A DNA stretch of 64,000 nucleotides from Phoronis australis. Lineage: Eukaryota; Animalia; Phoronida. How positions within the stretch are numbered: the stretch's first letter is position 1; each line of letters starts with the position of its first letter. Under the pieces are notes generated by a model, which worked only from the letters and a program-made list of their open reading frames with translations, did no database searches and was not told where the DNA came from. This document shows positions 13,591 through 25,933 of the stretch, one piece after another. The stretch spans positions 1,469,796-1,533,795 of the forward strand of contig NMRA01000029.1 in the NCBI GenBank assembly GCA_002633005.1, in the 5' to 3' direction. Made by a program: the position numbers and the translations under genes.

Positions 13591-14560
13591 CATAGGCGGA
13601 TTTAGGAGGGGGACCCAGGGGGCCCGGGCCCACCCCCCTTGGCTGCCGCAACAAACAGCAAGAGCGTAGGGAAATGTTGAGTTTATTAATCAACCCCGGT
13701 AATTAACATTATACGACCGAAACAAGATTTCAATGTGTGCAGTTTTAGTGCGGGGGGGGCTCAGATCCAATTTCAAGTGTCAAATTCGGAACACGGCGCA
13801 ATCGTAATGGAACTGTGACTAAGTATAGGCTCTCCCGCGATATCCCAGGCGACCGGCAGTGGCGCTGCACACTACGACTCCGTTTCCGTCGTCTGCTCCA
13901 CTGTGCAATGAAGAAAATTTACGTCCTTTTTTAAGGAAAATGGAAGCTGAGTGACGATGAAAAAACAGAAGCTGCTGGTAAGATGTGAATTTTAATCGAA
14001 GCCTTAGTGAATCACTCAGAAACTCATAATTATCTCTTTGTCAAACCTTAATTTAAGACGATTTCCAAAGCAAACGGATTTGGTCTTTGGGGCATTTGAA
14101 GACTATTTTAACTACAACAAATTTGTTACGAACTGAGTTTACAAAATATAAAACGTGTAATAAGCATTACAAAAAGAAGTAGGTTTCGCGCGCAAACCCT
14201 GTGGACCATAAACAAGTAGGTCTCTAAGTATCAGATTAGGAGTTAATCGTGGTGGTGTAGCGATAAAGCACGCACGCTCTGTCCGTCAGGTCGTGAGTTA
14301 GAATCTGTGGTCTCTGAAGTTTTTCCTGTTTGGCACGTTTTCCTTTTTTTCTTGGATAATACTTCTTTTTTCTTGAATAATTCTTCAGGAATCAAGTATT
14401 GTTAGAGGAAAAAACAGAAAAATTTCCTGGGCGGGAGAGAGGCAAACCCCCCTCCCGACCTCCCCCCAATCAGTGCTATGCGCATCTGCAATCGTGGTTT
14501 GCGCAAATGCTTACACAAAAAATGTTGCCCTCCCCTTGTGATATCCTAGATCCGCCACTG
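13591..14560. mobile_element. Non-autonomous TIR element (CATAGGCGGAT...ATCCGCCACTG)
   Basis: Inverted termini; the left-end sequence recurs inverted at ~45050-45200; no clear TSD. Confidence 0.55.
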
Positions 14561-16864
14561 CATCAATCATTCTGGCTCCACCAACACTGTACTCTTGTGC
14601 CATGATCTTACGACAATTTTTCCGTTTTACCATTCCATACAAAACAGTAGTGAAAACATTTTGCTCAGCTGCTTCAGGAAGGCCTGTGAAGGGGACGGGA
14701 GACTTGTAAAAAAAGATGAATATGTTTTGGCCTTATTATCGATTTCACAACTGTTACTATTACAAAAGATGTCAAGTTTTTTTCACCACATGTCTATAAC
14801 CTTCTTTATTTCATCAAGCTTGCTGTTAAAATTGATGTCGGGAGCTGTATTTAAATCACTGGAGAATTGAATACCCATTGAAGTGAATTCTGATGTTGCC
14901 CGTTTCAGTTTTTACGTCACAACCTTCACATTTTTTAAAACTACCCTTCATAGAACATATCCAAATACAAATTGTTTTATCCAGATTAGACTTTAAACCA
15001 GAATATTTTGCAAAATGGTTTAAAATGTGAAATGTTAGTGGTAGTATTGGGTTAGTTCACTACATAGTCACAAGTTTGGTCTTTTGGCCGCTTAGTGGTT
15101 AACATGTACTGAGTATACCTTGCGCTATTTGGATATTCACACAGTGATAACACGGCAGTTTTATAAGAAGATCCACTAAAATATAAACCTCGCGATTTGT
15201 AAACGTTAAGTGGATTTGAAAATATGTTTTAATTTAGAGGGTTTTGGGACCATCGGAAGTCAGGAAGGGGAGCTGTTCTCCCTCCCCTGCTTCTGTTAAT
15301 TTCAGAGAGGTTCATTTCTTCGAACATTATGGATTGGAGGATGAATATTATACTTGCCTACACAGTATCAAATATCAGTCCCTAATTTACACGGATTAAT
15401 CCTGTTACCAAAGGAAGTCATTTTCAGCTGATTTTTTTGATTTTCCAATCAAAAATTTCGGGGGGTATAAAAAGTAGTCGGAGAGAGTAATGAGTCTATT
15501 ATGGTGGTTGGTGTCGTTCGAGGTGCGGAATATGAATCCATTGGTAAACTTTAACCATATTCTGTGCCGGTGATGAAGAATTTTTTGATTCTGTGTATGT
15601 AGGTTTTGTCAGATATTCCATAAATATATGTTATACAACGCAAGTGATAATAGCAGTGGGTTAAGTGATATGTAAGCCGATTTAAACTTGGGCGAAGTTA
15701 TCATGCATGTCGCGTGAACTATTTTTAAGACGCGCATTTACACGAGTCGTCAGAGGGCTCCAAATAACACAATCTTTTGCGTTTTTAAATTTGATAATAC
15801 AAATCACCAATTCTCGACGTCTTCTGTCAGATATTCGCTGACATCGGAGCAGGCGACTTCACCAGTAATATGCACTTAGAATGCTGTCAGTTATCGATTG
15901 GAATTTAGCTTGCCTAGAGTCGCCTGAAGGAGGCGCCTCAGTGTGAAATGCTCTATCAATTAAATGAAAATGAATGGTAAATTTGTAAAAGCAGCATATG
16001 GGCAGCCATTAATGCTATCGTCAAAGTTCCTCTTCGGCTGTAGTTTACAATGCAGGTTAAGTGGAATATATAATTACAACAATAACTGATAAAGTGAACG
16101 ACAGACAACTCAATTGCCCCTTGCCAGAGATGGGTCACCGATAAATAGGCGTACATTTTTATTCCTCAAACATCATCTTCTTGAATTTAAATATCTGAAT
16201 CAACTACACTGGAAAATCGGTGCATGAAAAATATCCCCGGAAACTTTCGAGGCACAAGTACGTGTATGATTAAGAGTAAATGCGTAAGTAGACCATCTGT
16301 ATTTCAAAATACTGGGATCCGCATGAAAACGCTGCCTGGCCAGTTCCACCACTGGTAGTTGACCAATTTTCTGTTCGATTTATCTGCTACACATTTCTTT
16401 TATATACATGTACAACCCCGGGCCTACGCCTATATGCCAGCCGCCGGGGTTACTTCCAGCCTGGAATCTTCCCGCTTCTTATGGCCCTATATATCGTTTT
16501 TAGTGAAAGTATTGATCGCAAAAGGAAGATGTCGATAACAAGCCCGACAGAAACTAGAACGTTATAAATGTTAAATACTCTACCCACTCACTTTACATAG
16601 ACATTAAGGTAGTGGTTGTTGTGATAACATTTTTAAACTTGTCCATCTTCTGGAATGAGCACTCAATGAAATGTGTAAGCGACTATCAAACACGCGAGCT
16701 TATTAATATATACATGAGGTCCTGGATTGAATTGCTACATCTCATGAACCTGTAAATGTGCGAGAAATGAAGCTGCACCATTGACATTACTTTGCAAGAC
16801 GCAGCCCTGGGATAAACGGCTTAGAAAGCAGCTCGAAGCTCCCAACGAAAAACAAAAGAAGTGT

Positions 16865-16870
16865 TTTATT
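16865..16870 (-). promoter_or_regulatory. Candidate polyadenylation signal of the plexin gene
   Basis: AATAAA on the minus strand ~1.9 kb past the stop codon; not verifiable without transcripts. Confidence 0.3.
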
Positions 16871-17313
16871 TTGTTTACAAAGTAAAGCAACTGTCGTCCC
16901 CTTGGAGACAGGTACAACGTACGCTGAATGTAATTTAAGTATTATGCACAATGAATTTCAAAATGATTACAGTCGAATGACCTCAGTTACCACAGGATCA
17001 TCATGAAACAAATCTCAGACATTCGATGTTCGGTCATGTCACAGATACATGTAGGTTCAGAGTAAAATAGTAAGAAATTCTCAAGTATAAAAATGAAAAA
17101 TAGTTGCGATTCATAAATGTCTCACAATATAACACACAAGTACATGTAGTAAGGTGCCTGCATGTTGAGAACGGTACGAAACGGGTTCTCAAAATGTGGG
17201 CACGTTATATCCGACTACATATATTAATAGAAATGCAAAAGTTTAAAATGCTTTCCTAAACAACAGAGACAGCGCCCTAGATTAAAACAGAAAGCCTCCA
17301 CAACAGTATAGTG

Positions 17314-17383
17314 CATGGGCGGCGCACCATAGGGGGCTGGGGGGGCTATAGCCCCCACTTTTTTCAGTGCTGCACCGCCCATG
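17314..17383. mobile_element. 70-bp MITE-like hairpin in the presumptive 3' UTR
   Basis: CATGGGCGGCGCA ... TGCACCGCCCATG inverted termini. Confidence 0.55.
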
Positions 17384-18742
17384 GGATTGGTGTCGGGTGT
17401 TGCAGCCTATCATGAGGAAAACAACAGTTTTGCATGTTCTCCATTTCTCACGTTCGATTGTTACTTGACTCAGCTGTCCGCTACATTGCACGTTGTGCTT
17501 AACCCGACGTTGCAAAGCTAGCATTCCTTGCACTATTCTCATATTATTCGCTAAATGGAACAACAATAACACACAACTACAGCATTAAGTTCATATTTGG
17601 AATAACAAACTAACTTCGTATATGTACTCTGCATTAAAAAATTATCCAAGCTCGTTTCGGTTTTACGCATCTCACCCATTCGTCAACGCGATGCAATAAA
17701 GCTGAACCACAATCTGTTGCGTAAAACATGTCGATGTCTGTATTTGAATATGAAGAGCACGCATACAACTTCCAACCGCTCTTGTGTCCATTTCGAAAAG
17801 AAAAATGTGCTTGACAAAAACTGATGACGTCATGCTAACACATAAAACGATATGCTCTCATTCTTGCGGACAATGGCTTTGCCATCATGTAACACTCAGT
17901 TGTCCGTTAAGGATCAATGGGCTGAGGCCAATGTGTTATTTTCACATACACGTTTGATTGTTGCGCGGCGTAACAAAGTAATTAATCACGGAAATTCGGG
18001 CATTTGGTTTCATAATCAGGCAACGCTCTTCTTTAGCAAAAGGCCCTGGTGTGTGATTTATCAACGACACCACTTCTTCTTCCAAATGTTGGACCTTGCT
18101 CACTTATGACATTTGGGACAATTCTGTAGTCATAACTAATATCACGTCATTGTCATATTTCCATCCCCACTCCAGACCCATCACCTAATGGCGACTTAAT
18201 GTTCTCGAGATCTTAATCTGTGAGAAGTTTGGATGCCCAATAATTAGATAATCAACTCTGCTGAAGTTTCCAATTTCCTAACCATGTCTGTCATCACAAT
18301 AATCGCCTTCCCTACCCTTGTAGCCAATGTACCTTCATAGTCGGCACAATTTTCGAGATATTCCTAGACATCTCATTTTTTCACAAACGCTGGGTGGCAA
18401 TCATTTTCAGGCTCCACACCATCACAAGAATTTTTGTTTCTTCACCACAATTCTTCGTCCTCGTCACCACAATTCTTAACTCAAATTTTGCAAGGTAACG
18501 TCCATACATGTATAGCCACTAGCCAAGATCCCCGATTTGCGGGCGCTCCTAAGCTGTATATTCGTTAATTATATTATTGGACAATCGTCAGTCACAATGT
18601 TTTTTGAAAAGCTGTCCAACACGATACATCCTGCTCGAACGCTACAGAAACAACGTACATGTACGGGGGCACTCGGAATTTATAAAAAGGTACATAGGTT
18701 CAAAACAGCGTGAGCGGTTGGTTGAACGTAGTGTCTCGAACA

Positions 18743-18832
18743 TTAATTGTATACCGCAGACTTCACTCGCTCCAATTTCTGTGGCAGTTGCGCCTTTGTA
18801 GCAACAAAGTCTTCTTCTAATGCCGACGTGAT
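18743..18832 (-). CDS. PlexB: Plexin terminal coding exon ITSALEEDFVATKAQLPQKLERVKSAVYN*
   Basis: ttttccag acceptor, phase 0, TAA at 18743-18745. Confidence 0.85.
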   Translation of the reverse strand: MTSALEEDFVATKAQLPQKLERVKSAVYN

Positions 18833-19492
18833 CTGGAAAAAAAACAGCGTTTATGTCAAGGCTTCAGGCCCCGCATCAACCCACGTGACAAAAACCTTTA
18901 CAAGTGAGCAAGGTACTCCAACTTTGTATGGAATTTGATACCATGGGCGCAGCCAGGGGGGGAGGGCTCGGGGAGTAAACGAGACGAAAGTCCACAAAAT
19001 CCCGGCCCTCGGGAAGTCGGTGCGGACGCACAATTCGTGGGCCTGAGCCTAGTGGCCCCGTTTCTTTTTTCTAAAAATTCGAGCCCCCCTATACTTTACG
19101 TTAACTATACATGCATGTTAGAGAGATCAAAGCTAACTGTAAAACACAATAAAGTGTTAAGTACCATGAAGCCAAATTTGTCTATTTTGTCCACTTTCAA
19201 GAATGATTTGAGTAGGAGACCATGGCAACAACAGTGCACAGAAGCGCCACCGCGACTTTTAATGTTTTCTGACAAACTTTCACTGTTAGTAGTAGTCGAT
19301 GACACCAAAAAGAGAGTACTTTTAATAGAAATCTTTTCGTGTTTGATAACTATACAGGACAAGACAAAAACGGCTGTGCAGTGTATTACATCATGTTTGC
19401 TGTCTCAAGCATCGTTTGTTCGAGAGGTTATTTTTGCAAAATGGCGTTCCTGTATATGATACAACTAGTTCTGCCAAGCAATTCGTAATTAC

Positions 19493-19567
19493 CTCAGTAT
19501 CGTACTTGGTCACGTAGTCGAAGAGCTCTCTCAAGGCCGCTGGTTTGTTGAAGGTTTTGGGTACGTT
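19493..19567 (-). CDS. PlexB: Plexin GAP2 exon NVPKTFNKPAALRELFDYVTKYDTE
   Basis: AG/GT boundaries, 75 nt, ALxELxxY motif. Confidence 0.9.
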
Positions 19568-20052
19568 CTGGTAAACAAGGAGCGAAAACATGAGCTGAGT
19601 TACACAACAGCTGACAGGTAAGAGATGACAATTGCGAAAGAATGACGTAGAAAACTGGACATCTTGGGGGAGCTCACCATTGGGGCACATTATACAAAAT
19701 CTATTAATGAATTACACATTTCTTGTGCCTTTAATACACCGTACCTACTTTTGGCGCCACAATAAAGAGTCCTCTTAGCTTGAAGAATCCTCAAAATTTA
19801 CTGTGTCGGCGAGCGTCAGTAAAAAACGAGCCTTTTGAAGAAAAAATGATTTATAATGTAAATCCTTTTTTTTGATTGGCTATGCAGATTGAATTTTATT
19901 ATGAATTCTCTTTCTATAGGCCCCTCCATTCTTGAAAATACCCGAGATTGTAAAGTAGCAGAAAATTAAAGATGTCGGTTTGATCAATGCCTTGGCACGA
20001 TAAGAGTTGACCACGTTCATGAATCACACAATTCCTAATTAAAATAACGTAC

Positions 20053-20193
20053 TCTTGATATGTGAACCATTGCGGAATGCATTTCTTGTTCACTTTGAGG
20101 AGGCAGTTCCTGTACTCCCTCATAAAAGTCTTCAACGAATTTCTTGTATTTTACGATGTCCTTGGCAAACAGGAGTTTGTTGGTTGGTGAATC
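20053..20193 (-). CDS. PlexB: Plexin GAP2 exon DSPTNKLLFAKDI...HISR
   Basis: AG/GT boundaries, 141 nt, hallmark DSPxNKLLxAKDI. Confidence 0.95.
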
Positions 20194-20477
20194 CTGTAAT
20201 ATCCAACATACAAGTGTGCTTGTAATCCGTAATGGTTTCTTCAAAAAATGAAACATAGACATTTCTGGGACCAAACGCATCAGAATTGTACGAATACACT
20301 AATCAATTTTTGTATGGGCAAACTTAGTGTTTAAAAGTAATGCTAGTAGTGAAATATCTGATGAGAAATGTTTGTTTGAAGCCACTTTGTTAAAGAAGAA
20401 TAGAGTTTTAACAGCGAAAGGTGCTTTGTTTAAATTAATGCATCAGTTATTTCCCATGTAAAATATACGAAAGATAC

Positions 20478-20625
20478 CTTGCCAAGTCTCTGTTCGGCAG
20501 TTGAGCAAGAGTCCATGAAAGTCTGGGCAATGACTGACAGACTTGAGTCGACAGTGTCTGATTTATGAATGTCGAAGACATAGTCGGGGTTCTTGATGAC
20601 GTTGACCCAGAAACGAAGAGGGAGA
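20478..20625 (-). CDS. PlexB: Plexin GAP2 exon [19 protein letters not shown]...[21 protein letters not shown]
   Basis: 148 nt, phase 2 to 0; contains the conserved GAP2 arginine (LRFW). Confidence 0.97.
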
Positions 20626-21764
20626 CTGAAAATAAAAGAACCGCATTGCTTATATTTCGGAGGTACTGTAATTTTAAATTACAAATAATAAATTAAAGTT
20701 GGGAATTCAAACTTGAGAGAATGATTGGTAGATTTTACCGAAAAGGCTTATTTTCAAAGAGAAAAGTAACCAGTATACGTAGCTCATTCAAAATTCGAGC
20801 AAACCTACCACTGAAATAAAGAGATGTGTTGTTTAAAGAATACGGACATTCATACATGTACGTACATCTTTGGTACATACACATATACCGAGAGTGTCGT
20901 AGATAAAATAACATCCCACCTGACATTATTCCGCGTAAAACACCATACGCTTTGAAATTTTAGTTTTTTTTACCTTTTGGCAGGATTTTTACATACTTTC
21001 CCCTGACTGTTCACGTGGTCGATCACAGGCTATAATACATGTATATGTACTTGCATGTTATGTTACAAGTTTAGTAAAAGAATACAGCATTAATGTAACG
21101 ATTTATCACTTGAAAAGAGATAAAAAGACGAAAACCACGGTAGTTGTACATTGAATTTGCGACATTTTTTGAAAATAATCGAATAACAACAATATTTAAC
21201 AGAGCATTTACCGGAGAAGCGGCGCCTAAGTTGCAGACGATATAATATTTCAGCAAATAAAATAAACTGATTGGCCTGCAGGATGCTTGGGACCTGATCG
21301 CATGCTGAGTGTTATTTATACTGTTGCAACTTTATTGCTTACTACTATTTTAACAAAGTTTGATGATCTATCCGGCTGACGACGTCGAGTCAACAAAGAC
21401 TCACAAGTACTTTTTGTAGTTTCCATGTAAGAGTATAGAGGGCATTGTTAAAGGTAGTCCCGGGAATACAATACGGATAACAATGCCATATGGCCGTATT
21501 TGGTTCGAAATCAATTCAAATGTCCAGAAAATCGTCTGAAATTATCTATCTAGTGCTAAAACGCCTTAGTTGCGTCTTTAGGGTCTTTGCCTGGCTAGAG
21601 AAGCTGCAAGCTGTGAACACGACATAACATATTTTTCAAATCATATGTAAAGCAAACACATATCAGTAATTATCTTAAAAATTGTACTTTGGGCTTCAGC
21701 AATGTTAATATTGGAGTTGAGCTAATTTTGAGACTGTTCCAGAATTCTGACATTCATTTCTCAC

Positions 21765-21925
21765 CTGTTACTTTTCCACGTGAAAACTACTTCTGGGTCC
21801 GTGATGCCGTGCTGTTTGGCTGACTCGTCGAGAAAGTCAAACAAATATTTGATCGCTGGAGGGAGCTGCTGGTCCACTCGTAAAATACTTTGGACGAAAT
21901 CGTCAACAAACTGTTGCAGCGTACC
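21765..21925 (-). CDS. PlexB: Plexin GAP2 exon GTLQQFVDD...PPAIKYLFDFLD...WKSN
   Basis: 161 nt, AG/GT boundaries, conserved plexin motifs. Confidence 0.97.
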
Positions 21926-22127
21926 CTGCAACAAATAATTCAAATAATTCAACCAAAAAGTTTCAGTTGCACCAAAAACACCTAGGGTAATTTCGTAGTC
22001 TCAAATAATTGCTCAGAGGTGTTCCATAGCGAACTTCAATCAGAACAGAAAGTCGTGTTACTGTCAAAGTGGAGAGGGCCGTCGAATGCGCTAAGATAGC
22101 TATATGGTAACAGTCTAATCCATACTG

Positions 22128-22186
22128 GACATTATTCCGCGTTTCGACCTCGACCGTCAGTCTCGGTCGATACGCGGAATAATGTC
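22128..22186. repeat. Hairpin GACATTATTCCGCGT...ACGCGGAATAATGTC at the end of a dispersed repeat
   Basis: 15-bp perfect arms plus an inner TCGACC/GGTCGA stem; 22171-22220 is an inverted match to 20888-20937. Confidence 0.7.
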
Positions 22187-23381
22187 TCGTAGGATGTTAT
22201 TTCATGTACGCCACTCTCGATACGTTTTGTGTATTTTTATCCGGTATGATATACTGAAGCAGGTTCCACCATTTCGGATATGGCAGCAACTCCATAAAGA
22301 ATCTAGAAGGGTTCCTACAACGGATTTTTGTACTTTTACAAGTTTTCGATCGTGTATAACAATTCCATAACATAAAATCTAACCAAAGAAACACTTATTC
22401 ATGGAAATAATTGACGGATTTCGGATTTTAAATCACAGTTAATGATTTGTTTGGTTTTTCGCCACGTGATGTCATAAGGGGAAGACGTTGATCAGTTGAC
22501 AGCATATATGCAATGGCGAATAGTAGTGATTTTGTATGTTTCGAAGACTTAGAGAACGAGCTTGACGAATATTATATGAAGACAGGTATGCAGATGGGGG
22601 TGAACATGACATTCAAACCATAGTGAAACAGATAATGAGTTAGAATTTGCCTTATCGGCTGACTGCGTGTTTGAGGCCGTACGAACTCAACCCTCTCGAG
22701 CAGATGTCCTCGGCGAGTGAAGCCGAATCTTATCCTACTCAGACTGCGCACTGTCCTGATTTCTGACTTCACATTTTTGAGTGGTAAGTAGCCCTTTTTT
22801 GAATCTCAATATAATTTCTAACCACTTTATTGTTGACTAAAATGTAAATGTCTCGAACTACTAAAGTATTTTCCCTGTACGTTCGGCACAGCCCAGGCGC
22901 GAATAGCGGCCATATTGATTTCATTTCTTCGAATGTCGAGTAGACTCGTCAGGAAAGATCATACCTAATTACTGTGATGTTACATGTAACTGGATTAATT
23001 CCTGGTAAATTTTACTCTTTTCTGCCTTGTCTATTCTAAAGTTATGACAGCTTTGTTACGTTGTGATATATCAATTGCATACACATTGGCGGAGACCGGA
23101 CTTCAGCTGATGACGTCACACAATATTTTTAAATTATAATTTTTAACCTTTGCCTTTTGCGTTCCTTGATTACAAATAAGGAATTTGAAGAAGAAATGCT
23201 TAAAATATCATATGGAATTTGTTGAAAACCGATTTCAAGCTTTTATGACCATGGTGTGGAGGTTTAAGGTAAAAATTTTAATGCTAAATTATACCAGCTT
23301 GTAAGAATTAATAAATTGCTAGGCGTCAGAACCACAAACTGCAGAAAAACAACACAAGCTCGTTATGCCTGTATGCCATAC

Positions 23382-23530
23382 CTTTGTCGACAGTAGCCTG
23401 GTCAGAAATATTTCAGATATAACTTTAGACTCGTCCCTTTGCTCCATGTCGTCCGTCTTCACTAAATGCCAGCATTTATTGCTTCTTTCTTCGTTCATTG
23501 TGAGCGTCACCATATCGGCGTCAGAAACAC
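23382..23530 (-). CDS. PlexB: Plexin RBD/GAP2 linker exon ...WHLVK...ISEIFLTRLLSTK
   Basis: 149 nt, phase 1 to 0, WHLVK and EIxLTRLLxTK motifs. Confidence 0.93.
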
Positions 23531-23940
23531 CTAGAAAGTAACAGTGGTGAAAATTTACCTCAAATTCAATCCCCACCATGGAATAATGAGTCAAAATCGC
23601 TAAGTTATAGCGGAAATGAATCTTGTGGCTGACGATGAATCTAGCGGCAGAAGACGTCAACAATTTGATGAATGCCAAGCATTCAGAATGATAGCTTCAC
23701 GTCCTAAACACGATAAAGTCCATAAAAATAGTTTAATAAAGATGTGGTTTCATTTTTGGCTTTCAGGAAAGAAAGCCTAATGCTTACGGTACTTCAACCA
23801 TGGAAATTATTGATTGAGATCTTTTCACCACCCTCATCCAAACAAACGCGGAGACTCATACTCAAACACCAAAGGCTTTTTGCTTTCAAGATTTTTCAGA
23901 CAGACTTACGAAAGTTGACTTATTAAATGCAGGTTGTTAC

Positions 23941-24111
23941 CATTTTGGGTTTCAGCACAATTGATGTATTGTTTAGAAACGACCGCCATTTGGGAGTTGC
24001 TCTGTACTTTGTAGTGATTCAACGTGTTCAGTTTCTTCCAGCCGTCCTCAACTACGGATGTGACGTCATCGTCTGATAAAGTAAGATGTCCACTGCGACC
24101 GTGCCTCCACT
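23941..24111 (-). CDS. PlexB: Plexin RBD exon EWRHGRSGHLTLSDDD...LNTLNHYKV
   Basis: RBD motifs are clear; the frame-compatible donor is G|GTAACA at 23940. A stronger but out-of-phase donor lies at 23909, so the 3' boundary is less certain. Confidence 0.85.
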
Positions 24112-24864
24112 CTGCAGCAAATATTTGAAGGTTTCATCAATATTTTGTTGATTAACTTCTGTGCCTGGGGTCCATTATTTGTGTTCGAAATCGAAATCGA
24201 AATTATTTTTGAAATTTCCGTTTAATTTTTTTTTTAACGAACTCAAGATAAGGTTACATGTATATGATTCTGTGCTGGTTCATTGTCTACTATTAGTTTC
24301 CACTTGATGAACTCAATAAAGGTAGCCTACGAATTCTTAATTCGCATCAAATTCAAACTTGAACTGGCCACTTGTCTGTGTAGGCCATACTATACCCTGG
24401 CATATAAAAACGAACCCGACCTTATCTTGCGTTTTGGATAATTTCAAGCTCAATTTCGAGTACATGTACAAAGATCAGGACCCGGACCCGGATGTTAATG
24501 GAGAAATACATATCCTGGTCTCCGTTCCCTAGATGTTAGGATTTCTAGAAAACGCGAAACCAAGCAAATCTTTGATATATTATGATTGCCTCGGTTTACT
24601 TAAAAGGTGCAGCACGTGATCACACTCACTAGTTTTTCTTGCAATTGTCTTAAGACTGCGGAACGCAACCCAGTATGTTCAGCCCTAAAACGAGTCTCTT
24701 GCTTTACCATAATCAAACTTTAAAAACTGTGAGCTTACTTTTTCGAAATAAACCCAAGTTTTGCTTTCTCATTGCTACGAAACAAAGAACTAAATTCTCT
24801 CTGGGAGAATCCCTTGCCTAAATGACGAGGTTGCGCATTGAATACACCATAACAGGCTTCTTAC

Positions 24865-25018
24865 CAAGTTCTGTCTCCTGTGACAAAATTCGCTCCGAAT
24901 ACGCCGCATTCCTGTAGGTGGCGTCCAACAGCTTCTCCTTAACTTGTGTTATGGTGTCACAATCAAGAACCTTCACATCCGGAATAGTGTCCCCGTTCTC
25001 CAACATTATTTCTACAGT
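24865..25018 (-). CDS. PlexB: Plexin RBD exon ...[19 protein letters not shown]...
   Basis: 154 nt, hallmark VLDCDTIxQVKEK. Confidence 0.96.
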
Positions 25019-25657
25019 CTAAACAAATGTATGACAGGTTAATACGTGTCCTTTTGCAGTCAAGATAGTGTCCACACGTATATTAGGTTTGTGTTAAAGA
25101 ACGTTTGCACGCCGCCACTGCCTATGCAGGACGCTATGACTTGATACAAAATGTGCCTTTAGTAGCTAGGGTCCTGCTGAAAAAAACTGACGGAATACCG
25201 TAGTAATTTCTGGCAGATATGCATAAAGTTTTGGAGCTCTCGCAATCAGTCTTACACCTTATTCACACAGTCACCATTTTAAACGTGAGCCTCTTTTCAG
25301 TTTTTAAAAACAAGGCATTCCACGTTTAATCAACGTGCAAAGCGTGATTTTTCGCATGCCTAGTTAATATTTATGTCTCAAATGCATTGTGTTTAACCTA
25401 TAAAGAGGCCCAGTTTTAAAATAGCGACTGCGTGAATAAGGTCTGTAAATGGTTACTACCAGGAAGAGTTATCTCTTCCTGTTACTACTTATAAGGAAAC
25501 AACAATTGCAGTCACGTTGGTATTAAAGCAACATGACAATGTTGTGATATGCCATTGTTTGGAAATAAGTTAAGTCATTTTATGAAGCATGTCGCGAAAG
25601 CTCAGTCATTGTGCGAATTGATGTCACACGAGAAAGAGAAGAAACTTAGGCACGTAC

Positions 25658-25804
25658 CAGAGTGAGCGGCTCAATTTTCTCTAATAGAAGCCTATTCTCA
25701 GCCAACGAGTAGCGAGCATCTCCTGTAATTGCGTCAACGGGCCCCTTTTCTATCTGATGCTTCACTGACTTGAACATGATGAACAAGGACTGACCAGAGG
25801 ACCC
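25658..25804 (-). CDS. PlexB: Plexin GAP1/RBD exon ...[26 protein letters not shown]
   Basis: 147 nt, [14 protein letters not shown] motif. Confidence 0.96.
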
Positions 25805-25933
25805 CTAGAAGAGAACAGTTAGAAACATTCATAGTAGCCGCTACAACGTCATACATTTCCGAGTCCTGGGGCCCGTTTCTTGAAAACTGAATAAAAAAGA
25901 TATCAAGCCCGGTTTAAGCCTATTAACAGATAT

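Noticed and set aside
18935-19459. 174-aa plus-strand ORF
   Set aside because: Lies antisense in the last plexin intron over a dispersed repeat (related sequence near 44900); no recognisable domain.
22512-22790. Acidic ORF-like stretch MANSSDFVCFEDLENELDEYY (possible TE gene start)
   Set aside because: Short and interrupted, with no diagnostic catalytic motif.
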